A stretch of 64,000 nucleotides of DNA from Phoronis australis (Eukaryota; Animalia; Phoronida), in contig NMRA01000869.1 in NCBI GenBank assembly GCA_002633005.1, positions 48,815 to 112,814 of the forward strand, in the 5' to 3' direction. Shown in pieces: positions 38,101 through 52,450 of this stretch. Within the stretch, counting starts at the first letter, position 1. The number at the start of each line of letters is the position of its first letter. Made by a program: the position numbers and the translations under genes. Below the pieces are notes generated by a model. The model was not told the DNA's origin. It saw only the letters and a list, made by a program, of their open reading frames with translations, and ran no database searches.

Positions 38101-38180
38101 CTGCTCCGACCGGGACTCGAACCCAGGACCTTCTGCTAACCGTGCAGATGCTCTACTGCTGCCACTGAGCCATCGGGACC
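38101..38180 (-). mobile_element. tRNA-derived SINE head or tRNA pseudogene
   Basis: GGTCCCGATGGCTCAGTGG...TAGAGCATCTGC-ACGGTTA-GCAGAAGGTCCTGGGTTCGAGTCCCGG: A/B boxes, but enlarged D loop, non-canonical anticodon loop, imperfect acceptor stem. Confidence 0.65.
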
Positions 38181-41100
38181 ACTGGTCAAACACAGAAATC
38201 AATCAGACTTGGTAGTGGGCACCTTACCCTGCATCTCCAGTCAGTATATATGGATATATCAATCTCAATAGGGTGTAGAAATTTGTTGCAAATATTTAAG
38301 TCATGTCTGCACGCCATCTGTTGGCCACATCACATGACCTAATCAATATACGATTCCAAAAAGCTTTCTGCAGACACGACTTAAGTGTTTGCAACACAGA
38401 AACTTATCGTGCGCCCCAAAATAATTATGATACTGCTGTACATTTTGTAGATTTCCACAAGCATTATATTTTCGCAGGAAACCTGTAAATTCTGTTTCTG
38501 TTAACTATAAAAGAGTATCTTCGATTTTCTTTTACAGCTGTTTAGCTCGAGAACTCCAAAGTAAAGCATTAAGATGTCTTGATTATTGACAGCTGAGCTC
38601 TCGGGATGAAAGAAAATCCATGACACACTTCTTAGTGTATACAACAAATGATCGGAATTTGCAAGTCATTGGAAAATACAAGAAACTCGATACTTGATAA
38701 TGAAGGTACTTATAACCATCAAATAAATCACCTTAACAGAAATGTCATATATATGCCTCAGGATAAAACAACTTTCTAGGCTATATTTGAACTTTGCTCA
38801 TACCATAAGCAGGGATCATTTTAGAAAAATGTGGCTATCAGTCAATTGGCCCGTGTGACTATGAGTCAATTGGCCCACATGGCCACAAATTTAAGGGCCA
38901 ATTTTTAGGCCTTGTGGGTCATATTAGTCGAATGTCTGTCATATTTCGATTCGATTTTTGGGGGTGGGATTTAAATATCCACGATATCGTCTGCTACCTT
39001 AGTATGTTATGTGATTAATGATTGTCAATTTAACTAAACACATAAATCCACAGGTGGGACCTGCATTTTCACAATATACTAGACCCCATATCGATAAAAC
39101 TGTTGTTTTGATCAACTGCTCGGCATTGTAGTTGTATTAGATTCTGAATGCAATGCGTGTTATTCAAGGGAAAAATATGGCATAATTTTGACAACAGTTT
39201 TAGTGCGCCCGCTGGAAAGAGTTCAGCAATCAAAGACTTTCTTCATGTGGGGAGCAATCCTAAAATCATCCCCGCATAAACCCAAAAAAAGAACATTAAG
39301 AAACCACTAATGACACCAGGAGTGAGTGAGAACAGATTTGATAAAAACCCTCCAGCCCCTTCAACACTGTCACTAAATTTGAGTCCCCACAGCTGCCCCC
39401 AAACTTCGCACCCCTACGTGACTGATATATTTGATAATAGAGACATGACACCATCTGCTTTTATCTGCTACAACCCTTGAAAATGGACAATAAACCAAGG
39501 GCATCACACCATCACTAAAATTCACATACCTGCAGTTATGAGTAAAGGCAACTTACCAGACAAACTTTACCAGAGCACTAGGGTTGCACCAATTTCCGTC
39601 CTAGCCGGTTTACCTGAAAAGGAAATAGGTCAGTCAAAAGAGGTCATTAGATAAGGAAGGTGGTTGATAAAGATTTATCAAATTTATACACTGTCTCACA
39701 AAGAGTGAAATGGAATTTCTTCTGGCACATTTAATCTGCAAAAGTTCATAAATTCGTCATCTGCCAACACACAATTCAGACAATTTTTGTTAAAATCTTC
39801 TATCAAGAAAAACAACATTTTCATATCATTGTCAGAGGTCATGCTTCAATTCATGGGATCTGCAAGGTTGGAAAGAAAGCGTGCTTGAGAGGAAAAACTC
39901 ATTCGTCAACTTATAAATTTCAGACATTAATTAGCAATAAACCATGTTAATCGGAGCCTACAAAGAAAAGATTTTACAAAAAATACTTACAAAAAAGCTA
40001 TCTAATATAAGACACCCCCTTCCCTCACCGCTATTTTTACAACAGTCAGAGTCCGATAGCTATAACAAAAACAACAATAAAATTCTCCCTCTTCCTATCG
40101 CCATTCAATCAACAACTCTTCAACATCTTGAATCACTCAACTTTATCTAGTAACCATGGCAACTTGATTGCTATTCTTTGAACAAAAACTCCAATTCTTC
40201 AAATTACCAGTAATGGCATTAACCTGCTCTGCCTTAATGTCTCATTCAGAGTACCATTAATTACTGACTACAGTCACTAAAGGAAATGTCATGGTTATAG
40301 CGGAAGGGTTGTTAATAGTGACATCGTTCAGCAGGTACAACCATACATAGTCTTTAAGTGACTGACAAACTAAGTAACTATTCAGAATAAGCCACGCCAT
40401 TTGAATGCTTATTATATTTCAGTTAATAACAAAAATTTACAGTCAGTGAAAGAAAACGAGAATGTTGAAAGTCACATGATCTGCAGTAGCGTAGTGAACA
40501 TTTGATCACTTGCACCTTTACGTTTTACAACCGAATTTTTAGAACATAGAAAATCAGTTCTAATCCTCCACCATAAATAAAAATCATAACACCTACTCAA
40601 TGCCACAAACAAAATTCCTGTCTACTGAAGTAGACAAAATAATAGCCTCAGCAGTTCAAATTCTTTTTCTCTTGTGCAAACTTTCATCAAAATAAACTTC
40701 TGAACTCATCAAATGACAATTGGTGACAGTGATTTCTCCCCACACACAGTACTTCACTATGACCTTGCTGTCATGACTCATTGATCATAACATGGCTACT
40801 GTGCACAAATGATAACAGTAAGACTCCAGTATACAGTTTGATAACATCTGAATGTGTTATGCATCAGTGGTGCACATATCCTACCAGTCACGTCTCACTC
40901 AGCTGCCTGACTGACACCTAGGAAATCCTAGCATGCGTATGCATCCGGCCAATCGATTCGTCTTTAAAAACATAAATTTAATATCATAGTCAGTTTTCGT
41001 ATTTCCCAATTCTTCAGGAAATAATTTGTGAAACTCAATTATTCTTAATTTGGTTCAAGGATTCCTTTCATTACTTGCACAGGGCATTACAAGAAATAAA

Positions 41101-42435
41101 AACATCCACGACTTTTTATTTCCTTTTACTACACACTATCAGTCATCTATCAGAGCAACACATTTTCCTCAATGGTATTCATTCCATTTTTTAAGAAATT
41201 GTAAACTTTCTTACCCACAGTTCCACTTCAGGGTTTTCACCATAACTAAGAAAGAGCCAAGTGGATTTCATAATATTAACTCTATTGAAAACTAACTGTA
41301 CTTTGCTTCCATAAAATGATAAAGCATAAAAACGTTAAAGTTTTGCTGCAAAAACAGATGAAGTTTTCATTCACCTCACACTAGACACCATTCTTAAAAA
41401 GATGTCAAATAGTCATGTGGAGAGAGAAAACGAGGCTGAACACCGCAACGCAATGACTGTCTCAACTTTGTGAGTACAGGTGGTTTATCATTTGCTTCCA
41501 AAATAACTTTTGATTTTATTGTTTCAAAGAATGCTAAATCCTGTTTTGATGATTCAATCAATCCTCGTTCTGTTACCTATTAATGCATCATGGCGTCAAT
41601 CGTGAAAGTCAAAAGCAGGAATCAATCGAAAATTCATACCCCCCATCTTACAAATTGAACATTACGGTCCTTGGCAAGTGGTCTTTTCCCACAGTTGCTG
41701 TGTTATTCTGTTCCCTTTGGCCAAAACCTGGTTTGGTATCCTTTTAAAAATTCATCAAAAAGGCTTCAATTACTCCCAGGATGACCGACCAGTTGAACAC
41801 AAAATTCAAATATTTCGCATATATCCGTCGTTATCAAGTCTGGGTTTCAGGCCCAGATAATATTTACATATTTGGATGTATATAAACATAAAGTAATCAA
41901 TGTTGAGTTAGCTATTCAAAAGTTGTTTGAAGCAAACTTTCACAGATAGGATGGAAAAGTCAGACATTCCAACCTTAAAACTGCTAATCAAGCCAGTTTT
42001 CCAATTGAAGCCATGGGATACTAAAGGCTCCATAAACTTAATAAATGTCCAGTCTCCTCATTGTACTTTTGTGGTACGATATAAATGCCAGGTCTCTGAA
42101 AAAACGATGGTCTCAGGTTGGGGCCGGGTCTGTGGAGCAAGAGAAGAGATGGTGAATAAATGTTCGGCTGCTATAACTAGTTTTATGGTAAAAGCAAAAA
42201 TGTAAGTTCCATTCAAAATCTTTTGAAAACCCAAATCTTAATGCAGAATAAATAGTCTGTATGACACTTCAAAACACTAGGGGAGGCTGAATGAATCTTC
42301 AAAGTAAAATAGGTCCTCTAAGGCTGCTAGGGTCCTCATCATGTCGTATTATCATTTTCTCAATTCTTTTTTCAATTCTGGCACAATGTAATGGAAGATA
42401 AGGTCACTGTGGACTCTGGTAACCTTGTTGTTGAG

Positions 42436-43167
42436 AGGAGGACAACATTCATCAAATTTAGAGCTGAGAACCAGAGGAAGACAACATTCATCAAATTTAG
42501 AGCTGAGAACCAGAGGAAGACAACATTCATCAAATTTAGAGCTGAGAACCAGAGGAAGACAACATTCATCAAATTTAGAGCTGAGAACCAGAGGAAGACA
42601 ACATTCATCAAATTTAGAGCTGAGAACCAGAGGAAGACAACATTCATCAAATTTAGAGCTGAGAACCAGAGGAAGACAACATTCATCAAATTTAGAGCTG
42701 AGAACCAGAGGAAGACAACATTCATCAAATTTAGAGCTGAGAACCAGAGGAAGACAACATTCATCAAATTTAGAGCTGAGAACCAGAGGAAGACAACATT
42801 CATCAAATTTAGAGCTGAGAACCAGAGGAAGACAACATTCATCAAATTTAGAGCTGAGAACCAGAGGAAGACAACATTCATCAAATTTAGAGCTGAGAAC
42901 CAGAGGAAGACAACATTCATCAAATTTAGAGCTGAGAACCAGAGGAAGACAACATTCATCAAATTTAGAGCTGAGAACCAGAGGAAGACAACATTCATCA
43001 AATTTAGAGCTGAGAACCAGAGGAAGACAACATTCATCAAATTTAGAGCTGAGAACCAGAGGAAGACAACATTCATCAAATTTAGAGCTGAGACCCAGAG
43101 GAAGACAACATTCATCAAATTTAGAGCTGAGAACCAGAGGAAGACAACATTCATCAAATTTAGAGCT
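42436..43167. repeat. 39-bp near-perfect tandem array (GACAACATTCATCAAATTTAGAGCTGAGAACCAGAGGAA), about 18.5 copies
   Basis: Directly visible; one internal variant unit near 43093. Confidence 0.98.
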
Positions 43168-46100
43168 CAGAATCTTTTAAGACACCTACATTATAGCGAC
43201 CACCAAGCTTAGCCTCATTTCCTCTCTGCCAATGCATACATGAATAATTTCGGAGATCCGTCGATCGCCTCCATCCTATTTGTTTACTTTCTCCGAGACA
43301 ATAAAATAGAAACACGTTTTCATAGCTTCATCTCTGACAATGTGAGGAAGAGAAAAATTAGAAACTGAAGTTCATAATCAACTGTTTCTGATTGAAGGAA
43401 CAAAGTAAAAAAGGTGAATATGCATTTTCTACACAAAATGAAAAAAGCTTACTTCCTCTTGTAATTATTGTAACCGATTTTGTCCAATCATCAATGGACT
43501 AAACACCAAGTTTTGAAATGACATTTGGCTTAGCTTTTACAGTTGCATGCTGTACTGGGAAATTTAACGACACGCGTTCCGGTTCTTTTCAATTAAAGTC
43601 TTCATAAAAGAAATTTTACTACAAACCAATCTACAGGAATTCGCCACTTACTTTGTATAAATCAAATGAAGTATGTTTTCCTAATGATCAGGGTGTGCCA
43701 AAGAAACTGAGTATAATGTAAAAACTTCATGGGTGATGGGCGTACAAAATTAACCAATTAACCACGCAGAGCCAACTGTCATGTATGAATTAAATGAAAT
43801 GCTTCCTACAGGTTTCCAACTTAAGCCAATTTACAGTAACTAAATCACTTCATCCTTTTCTAATAGAAGAGCACTTTACCCCATCATTGGTAAATCATTC
43901 TTTTGAGTACATGACTCTGAGTGACACCACACATATCCAGGTCACCATATGACATCATATTTACATCAGCAACAGATATCCTATATTTTAATGGATGAAC
44001 TTTTTTAATTAAGTGGTGAATATACATTGTTTGAACCTTATTAACTCAGATAATCAGGTGTATTACTAGAATTAATGACTGGGCTTTTGCATTGATATCT
44101 TCTGAAGTGCAACACTGACTGTTTGAACTAAGTGAAGCACGAGATTCACATTAAGTCACCTCATGTGAAATAAGTGAGGGAAAAATGTTATTTTTCCAAA
44201 TAATTTTGGGTGTGGGAAGTAAGATGAGTCTGCTAAATAAGTGGAGAATTGTAGAAGTTCAAACTTATTTCCAAATAGTGCTCTATGGACATGTAATCAA
44301 ATGCATTCAAAATAAACAGAATTCATTTCGCACTTTTCAGAGCAACTTATAAGTCTCTCATGGTGCACCAACAGAAAGGCTGCCACTTTTTATGAACTGA
44401 CAGTAAAAATCACATACCGTACTACGTACAGGACTTAACTTGCACATTATTCCTATTGTAGTAATTTCTCTCAATTGATGACACCTTTTGTGTTATAATG
44501 TCTTCACAACAGTGGTATTATGGATAATATTCTTGTTGCAATATATGTACTAAAGTACACAAATCATAACTACATATTGGCATAAGCACATACTGGGCTA
44601 ATACCCAATAACTCTAGATGCAGAATACAAAAACAAAGAACAAGTATGGCGTAGGCTGGAATTGGTTAGAAAAATACAACACACTAGAGTACCAAATCAG
44701 GTAGTAGTGCTCAGTAGTCTACTGACTACCACAGGTTTTCAACACGAGGCTGGACTCAGTTAAAATATTTTAAAAATTTAACCGTTACTGAATAACATAA
44801 CACTTCAGCGAAATCAACATTTTCAGCTTAATACTACTGACAAACAAAAAAAAATGTGTGCACGGGACATCTAATGTTCTGAGACATTAAAGAAAACTCA
44901 GTGACAGAACAGAATACGTGCAAACTATTTGACTGTTACCTTTCCATCTATGTAAGTACCATATACCCCAAGTTCTAGTAATCATGTGCAATTCCTCAAT
45001 GTTAAACTAGCCTGACCTCAAACCTCCAGTCAAATGCCTAAGTTGTTATCACACCAATTGCATTCCTGGAAATTCCTGAAGCTCAGACCATTATTATCCA
45101 AGGAATCTCCCAAAATACTCTCAAAACAATAACCCTGACAACAACAGACAGATTGTAATAACACAGACTTGACATCTTACATTCACTAATGGAACTGTCA
45201 TGTTAGCACGATCACGTCATGAAAGCGTAATCCTTCACGATATTTTGAGTTTAGTAGCAAGCAATCGTAAATTCTCAATAGTTAAAGAGCCTGAGAACAC
45301 CATCGACAACACTTTGAAAACAACACTTTGAAATCTAACACCACGTCACGCAAATTCAATTTCCTAAAAACCAAGAATGAGATCAAGATAACACATTGAA
45401 TGTAAATTAACGGAAGAGGCCGACAGACATGTGAGTGACTAATGGTATCTCTCAGGAGAGTTTGGATTCTGAACGAAAGCAGGCAAAAGAACCAATTTTG
45501 GATGAAATCTGCAAGAGCTTGACATCCTTAAAAGTCAAGAACATTAATACTTCAAAAACTAAAAATTTTAGTTGTTGACTCCTGGTTGTTGCTAAATGTT
45601 TTGCCTGCTGGTTAAAGTCTTCACAATAATCAGGCATGACACCCAAGTTGAGGGAAAATGCGTTCAGGTAAGTTGGAAGACAATGGTTGTCCTGCCATAC
45701 AAATAAAAAACTTTAACATTAGGATGAATACTTAGGATGCCAACTAGTTACAAAGACACTTTGGACTTGGAGGGGATAACTAGAGGGCATAGCGGTATAG
45801 AATTTTGTGGGTTGTTTTAAATCATGGTTGACATTCACACGAAATAGGCCATTTGAAATTGACATGTAAGGTCAGTGAAAGCAGTACTTTGAGAACCCTG
45901 CTCATAGTCATACAACTGTCAGAGTTGGACAGTGTAACTAAATACAGTTTAACAAAGGGCTTATGGTCCTGGTTAAGAAGATAATCATTTTATTATCCGG
46001 TATGGGCTTTGAGTAGCCCAACCTATAATGAGAGCTGGTGGGAATGAAACAATTGGCATTACTTCCTGTTATATCTGCTGTCCTAAATAATAATTGCTAG

Positions 46101-46570
46101 GTACTTCTAAAGATTCACTATTGGTTATTTTCAAATTCCATAAATGTAAGTCTTATTCAGTTAAACCAATCACCGCCACTATAATAGCAAGATATGCTAG
46201 ACATAAAAAACAACATGCTTAACAATATTTATGAATATCGAACAAGGCAGATTTAAATACCATGATACGAACTCAAAAGTTACAATGTTACAGATCAACT
46301 CTATGTGGCATGGTAATCCGCACATTATGATATTAAAAAGGAAGTTCAATGATGAAATGATAATTTGACATAATTGATTTTTTTGTTCCAATCAGCTAAA
46401 TTAATTCAAATTGGGAAAAACGGCTACCCGGGGTAATACCAACAGATGGAAATTCATACACACAGGAAGAGCACTTACTAAGACTACCTTACTTTCCACT
46501 GGTAGAATAAAATTTCACTTATTACCGTAACATACAGCGATGTGAGTTAAAAAAGAATCCCGTTACTTAT

Positions 46571-46922
46571 GCCAAGACTCCCTGAAAAACATGGCTTGTA
46601 CACATGAACACGGCTCAAACAGACCTGTAAACTCAGTTTGCTGACTCACAAACACAGCCCTGCACTCAGAAAACACAGCTTATGCACCCAAAAAGCACAG
46701 CTCCTGGACCACAAACATGGCTCCAGCACCTGTAAACACAGGTCACCGACTCTTCAAGTCATGTATGCATTAGATATGTGATTCTTGTGAGCCGTGGTTT
46801 TGGGGTGTGAAAGTCGTGTTTTATGAGTGCTGGGTCGTGTTTGTGCGAGTCAGTGAACTGAGTTTACATACCTGCGAGCTGTTTTCATAAGTGCCTGAGC
46901 CATGTTGTTCAGGTAGCCTGAC
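46571..46922. mobile_element. MITE-like element with long degenerate inverted arms
   Basis: CCCTGAAAAACATGGCT...TGTAAACTCAGTTTGCTGACTC vs GAGTCAGTGAACTGAGTTTACA...AGCCATGTTGTTCAGG. Confidence 0.65.
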
Positions 46923-49254
46923 ATCTATTTTGAAAGTTGGCAATTGGCAAAGGTACTGCTTTACCAAGAACTTGTTTACATGGAAACCATTTGACAATTT
47001 TCAATGATTCGCTGATACGAAAGCGGTAAACTTTAGGCACTTTGCTGTTTTGACAGAGCATGTTGTCACACGACAGAGAAGACATCACGTATGTATTTGA
47101 ACTATTTATCAGTTATCTGAGAGCAAATGTTGGTCTCCAGTGCAGTTTACTAGGAAATAATTATGGTAGCAATATGAAAACAATTCATGAAATGTGATGG
47201 AATTAATATTTATCATAGTCTATGGTCAGTTTATTGAAAATTCAATCAAAAGGCAAACTTCAAAAGGGTGGTGGTGTATTCAGAAGTGCTAAATAATGAT
47301 GACCTCAATGAATGTGGTGCAACTGCTCAAGTAGATATCTCTTCAATGCTAATCAACAGCGTTCAAATCAAATTTCTCAACAAAAAGAACTTTTCAGGAA
47401 AATTTACTTTGCTTTTAGCATGGTTTGCATGGCATAGCTATTACCAAACAGTATTTGGTAAAATTGTTTTTTGTAACAATGTGGTAAGCCTCTGACATAT
47501 AGAAAGATGGCAATTTTAACAATTATAGAGTAGAGTAGACAAACCCAATTTGATATTCTGCTCCATAGTGACCATACCTATAAAAAAGCTCATTTCTATT
47601 AAAATGGCGGGTAAATGAGGAAAACATCATTATGCCATCTGTCTGAATATTGTGGGGTTGTTTGGACACAGAAATTCAAAAATATTTATTCATGAAGTTA
47701 AGTTTGATCACTAGGATCTTGGCTTTGCTAGTGAGTCAATGCTGACATGATACATATCATCAACCATTTTGCAGTTGTAATAAAATTAAGGCTTTTTAAA
47801 AAAAGTTTTCAAGTAATTGTAATAACTTGAAAACTTGTTTTTTCTTCATCTCAAACTGTCAGTTCTTTTCAATTCTTGAAGTCGCCTTTAATTTGAATAA
47901 AGAACAATTTGAGACCAATTTCACAATGATAAGAGTCCTAAATCAAAAGAATGACATAGTTTTAATGAAGGTAGGTGGGTTTATGGCCACTTTGAACAAC
48001 GTGACTTAACAAGCTAAGTTTACTAAATCATCGTGTGCAAAACCGCATGTTCATACAGGTACAGATGTCACACAGACGCAACGAATTCTACTCATCTTTC
48101 TAGTCATTTTCAACACCAGATACCCTTCCCAACTGAAAATCTAGAAAGTGTATGTCTGATCTAGACCTGTCAGTTGGAAGTTTTTTTTTGCTAAACCATC
48201 GAAGACGTTGCTGTAAGTAAGTTTCGAGCACTGACACAGACATCTTCGGAAGCCGATGGTGTTTTAAATTCTTCCAACTCAAACAAATACTTTGGCAATC
48301 AAGATTTCTTTCTAATGCGTTCATTCATTCATCAAAAAATTCATTGAGGTTGCTATTTTGTTGGTTACAAGAAAAGCTATCTTCTTTATCATGTGGAGCG
48401 GGGGAGGTGTCAGTTTGCAACATCACTGGTGATGTCCAGGAATTTTCCTACAACACCTTTGGCCTTAGCGACATTTCCCATGCCAGAGTGTCTGACAAGT
48501 TGGCCCTGCTTTTTTGAGAGGGGGGGTGAGCATGGCCCCCATTAGTCAGCCAGCTAGCTGTATGAACACTATCGTCAAAATACAGCTGTGGTATTGTTCA
48601 GCCAGTTTTTCCAACACCGTTAAATAATTTAGTTTACGCTGGGAGAAATTTTGATATTGGTCCTAGGTTTACTCAAGGAAGAGTGTTATTTTTAATGACT
48701 CTAATTTCGTGTCAGATTTTATCTGGTCAGTTTCTTCAATTCTTGCCCACATTGGCGCAATTAGGCTCCCGTTTGCCTCTAATTGTTCTTCTCCAATTCA
48801 TGGATCTCCTTGGTTAAGTGCCACTGTTCTATGTTCACTGACAGTACTTAAACCCACAATCTTCGATGTGCAAGTCAAGTCACCAAACCAATCGGCCAAT
48901 ACTATCTAAGGAGGCAATACCCATTGGTTCAGCAGCAATTTAGAGGCGTTACTTAACCATCACACCCGTAACCAGCAATTCACAACAATATGGTTCACTT
49001 GATGCAGACACCTCAACACGTTGCTATCCGTCTGTGCTGACCCTAAGGCTAAGATCTAGGCCTACGCAATAAACCTAAAACTGTCCACCTGGTCATGAAA
49101 GTGAAACAACTGTGTGAACGGTTTCCCTGTGTAGTACTGCAGTGTGCGTTAGAATAGATCCCAAACACTTTTAACCGTATCAAAAAATAAAAATGCAAGA
49201 AATATGATTTTCAAAGGCAAGAATCACTAGACTTGAACAGAGACCACCGACTTA

Positions 49255-49612
49255 CTCATAACAGTAAAGGTTCTTTGCTCTAGTTGACACTTAAATTGCT
49301 CTCCGGACTTTACGGGTTCTCATCAACAAGCAAGTTCTCCAACTTCCTTAACCCGTTCGTCACGTGATACAAATAAAAACCGGACACAAACAGCAGTCAA
49401 AATGTTGATGATTGGTCAAATTCATACCATCCATTTTTGCGCTCATCTAATTCTTAGCATACTCACGTGGAAATTAGTCCTTTTAATAGAACACGCAACT
49501 TTCATACTATACATTTTAATTTCTAAAGTCTGTCAAGGGATAAACTCGCCGAACTTTTTGGTTTTTCTAAAGATATGGTATTGACCTTGTTACAAGTAGT
49601 CCTCCAATCAGA
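49255..49612. promoter_or_regulatory. Candidate divergent promoter between AGXT and the minus-strand gene
   Basis: Minus-strand donor GA|GTAAGT at ~49255, E-boxes TCACGTGA (~49360) and CACGTG (~49464), TGACCTTG nuclear-receptor half site (~49582), CCAAT (~49604), plus-strand donor at 49705. Confidence 0.4.
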
Positions 49613-49614
49613 AA

Positions 49615-49705
49615 ATGTTTTCTATTATGCGCTTGGCTTCCAGGGAAACTAGGTCAAGCGTGATACAGGGGCACAACATTTCAGTTTCACAAGTAGTAAA
49701 AGTAG
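49615..49705 (+). CDS. AGXT: Candidate AGXT upstream exon encoding a mitochondrial presequence
   Basis: AAAATG start; MFSIMRLASRETRSSVIQGHNISVSQVVKV, G|GTAAAA donor in phase 1, matching the phase-1 acceptor at 54971. Confidence 0.5.
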
Positions 49706-52319
49706 GTAAAAGGTTATTTGAATCCCACTGAACAGTTTACAGTAGAAGAACTAACAGTAATTTGGGCGATAAAAAATCTGTGCAAATGTCATAGCCATGG
49801 TTACATTTGCAAAGATACTGATACTGTGTTCTAGCCTGGGAGTAATATTTGAGATATTGGTCCTAGGTTCTAGCACAGTAAGTGTCCCTGTTCCAGGGTC
49901 CTGGGTCTAAATCTTAATCTTTGTACTCGAAATAGGGCGAGCAAGCCAAAATTTAAGTTACAGAAGCACATGGGTTTAAATGAAAACTCCCGTTGAGTAG
50001 AATTTACTACTTATTAAATTTTTAGAAACGGTTGAGTGGTTTTGATGCTAATGTTAATCTGTTCTCCGAACGACGTTAAGACGTTAAGTAAAGCATTTCG
50101 CAATCTTGAATCTTGATGCCGTGGTATGGCCCTTTTTGCTCTGAGAAATCGAACTTGCAATTACTTTGACGTTTTTCCCCCACTCTACTTTATTACCAAC
50201 CCAAGACAAATGTCAATAATTTTGTGCTCAATTATGTTATGGGTTACTTAGGTGATTGTCTAATCCTAGATTGCTCCAGCCTTGATTCAAAGCTGTATCA
50301 GCTTTGCACCGATGTACATTACGGCCTTCTACCGTTAAGTCCAACTCGTCCGATTGTATAGCATAATTAACAAAAGGTGGGGAGATGACCCTTGTATCCA
50401 ATATCTTACATGACTGATTAAGTCCATTTTGACATTGTTGATTGGAGAGTCCGCTCTCTCATGCCGTAAATAATACGCTTGCACGATCAAAGTCACGCAT
50501 TTCTAAAGATATGCGTGACTTTTCACCGCTCGTCCTTCTGAGCGGCTTTTACCATGATCAAAGAGAGTGCAGCGCCAGAGTCAGACTCAGTTGCGATGAC
50601 TGCATTGTCCGGTGCCAGCAAGACCCAATTAAGTGTAATTATCCGACCATAAACTATAGTAAACATCTCTGCCTGCATGTATATGCTGGCGAATTTTCAA
50701 AATGCATTAACCAACATTTTTGTTAAAAACAAATACCACAGCTGTATTCAGATGGAAAAAACAACCAAGTTTGGTTTTCGATTTTAAAAATCAATAGCTA
50801 TTAAGCTAAAAACTACAAGCATTTTGTACGATAGTGAAATTAAACGACTGTGATTTACAAACGCTAATCAGAGTTAACAATATCACATGGATTATTCTTT
50901 TAATAATCAACTAGGCTACATTGAAATATCTATAAACAACACACAGTGACTAAATTAGATGTCAATAAGTTATAAAACATCGCGTATAGCTCAGTGCATG
51001 CCAAACTATACTTTAGGCCAGGAGTAGTACACTAACTGGAAAACTGCTATTCGAGGAAATGCGCCAATTTCGATAGTTAACTTGTAATTGTAATGGAACA
51101 CCTGTGAATTCAACTAAGATAGGTAGCTTTGTAGTCAACAAGAGAGTGCAAGCAGTGGATGAGGTTGGTCGGTGGACAAGAGCTGTGATTTCATTTTTGA
51201 TGACTGAGAAGAAGCTAGAATAGTCATGTAGTTGCTGCAACCAAAATTGTCCAGAGGTTCCAAATCTTCAGTTTGGTTATCACCATATTTGCACTTTTGT
51301 ATATTTTATGATTCGAGTTCTAATAAAAGTTGAACTTGGACTATTTTTTTAACTTGAACTATGGCATGTGTATTTTTTTTTGCTGTGACATGATTGGTGT
51401 AGCTGTAATCTGGAAAATTCAGGGTTTACAATTAACTGACTTCTAAGTTGTTTTGATACTTCGTTTCAACACAAAATAAAAAGATAGCAACCCTAACCCG
51501 TAAAAAAACAAGTAGACAATAGTATTAAATTAAAGTATTGCAAACAGGTATGAAACGTACTTATAACCAATGTTCCTTTGGAAAATGTCCCTTTGTCAAC
51601 ATAAATGCAAATTAACTTTTTAATGTTTTTGTTAGATTTAAAATGTACCAAGTTAAAACTGCTCTCCATATTGCAGCCTTTAACTCTGTGCAAATGCCAG
51701 AGAAAAACAATTTGGGTGTAATAAGGACCACCATTGTTAAGAAAGTAGTGCTAGCTATTACCTTTCCACTTCATTAGCTTAGATCTACATCAATACATAG
51801 GGTGAGCTGAATAGGCATCATAAAAGTTGTGTGGAGCTCAAGGAATCTGAGCGGTGACCAGTGTAAGCGCAGCGGTGACCAGTGTAAGCGAGAAATTCTC
51901 CACATGTTTTGTTCGATAATTGCTCTGATCTCTGATAAGACCATATCTAGCTTAACTGGGCTGCACTGTTAAAAAAGTTAAATTATAAAATGCTTGAATA
52001 TAAACCAATAACATTTCTGAATTCCTCGTCAAATGCTGATCGTGTTTAGTTTTTGAATCACCAAAATTGCCCAACTACAACCGAAGTTAAGACCATCTAT
52101 TCTATCCGAACATACCAACGAACTGGGTTTGTGATCGGTAATAAGCCTGGTAGGTAATTGGCCTACATGTTGTCATACCAGACAAAAGACTGTGCTCGGC
52201 AGTTATATGAAAAAAATAATTGCTGGCGGTCTGATACACGTTGTACCAGACGTGCGCAGGCCTCGCATGTGGGCCCATTGCATTGATCACCTGGAAATAT
52301 TTTTATGCTTTATTAATAT

Positions 52320-52450
52320 GTGGCTAAAACCGAGCTGAGGAGCTAGAAACCTGGCTCAAGGGTTTAGCAGGGTGACCTGGTGGGACTTGAACACACGACC
52401 TCGAGTTAAGAAAGCGGGCACTTATCAACCAGGCCACACTGCCTCCTCGC
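52320..52450 (-). mobile_element. tRNA-derived SINE fragment
   Basis: Minus strand GTGGCCTGGTTG...GGTCGTGTGTTCAAGTCCCACC (A/B boxes); CTCCTCAGCTC shared with the 33162 SINE body. Confidence 0.5.

Noticed and set aside
38101-38180. Functional tRNA gene
   Set aside because: Imperfect acceptor stem, enlarged D loop and atypical anticodon loop; treated as SINE head or pseudogene.
42372-43212. 250-270 aa ORFs on both strands
   Set aside because: Produced by a 39-bp unit that lacks stops in several frames; no splice or homology support.
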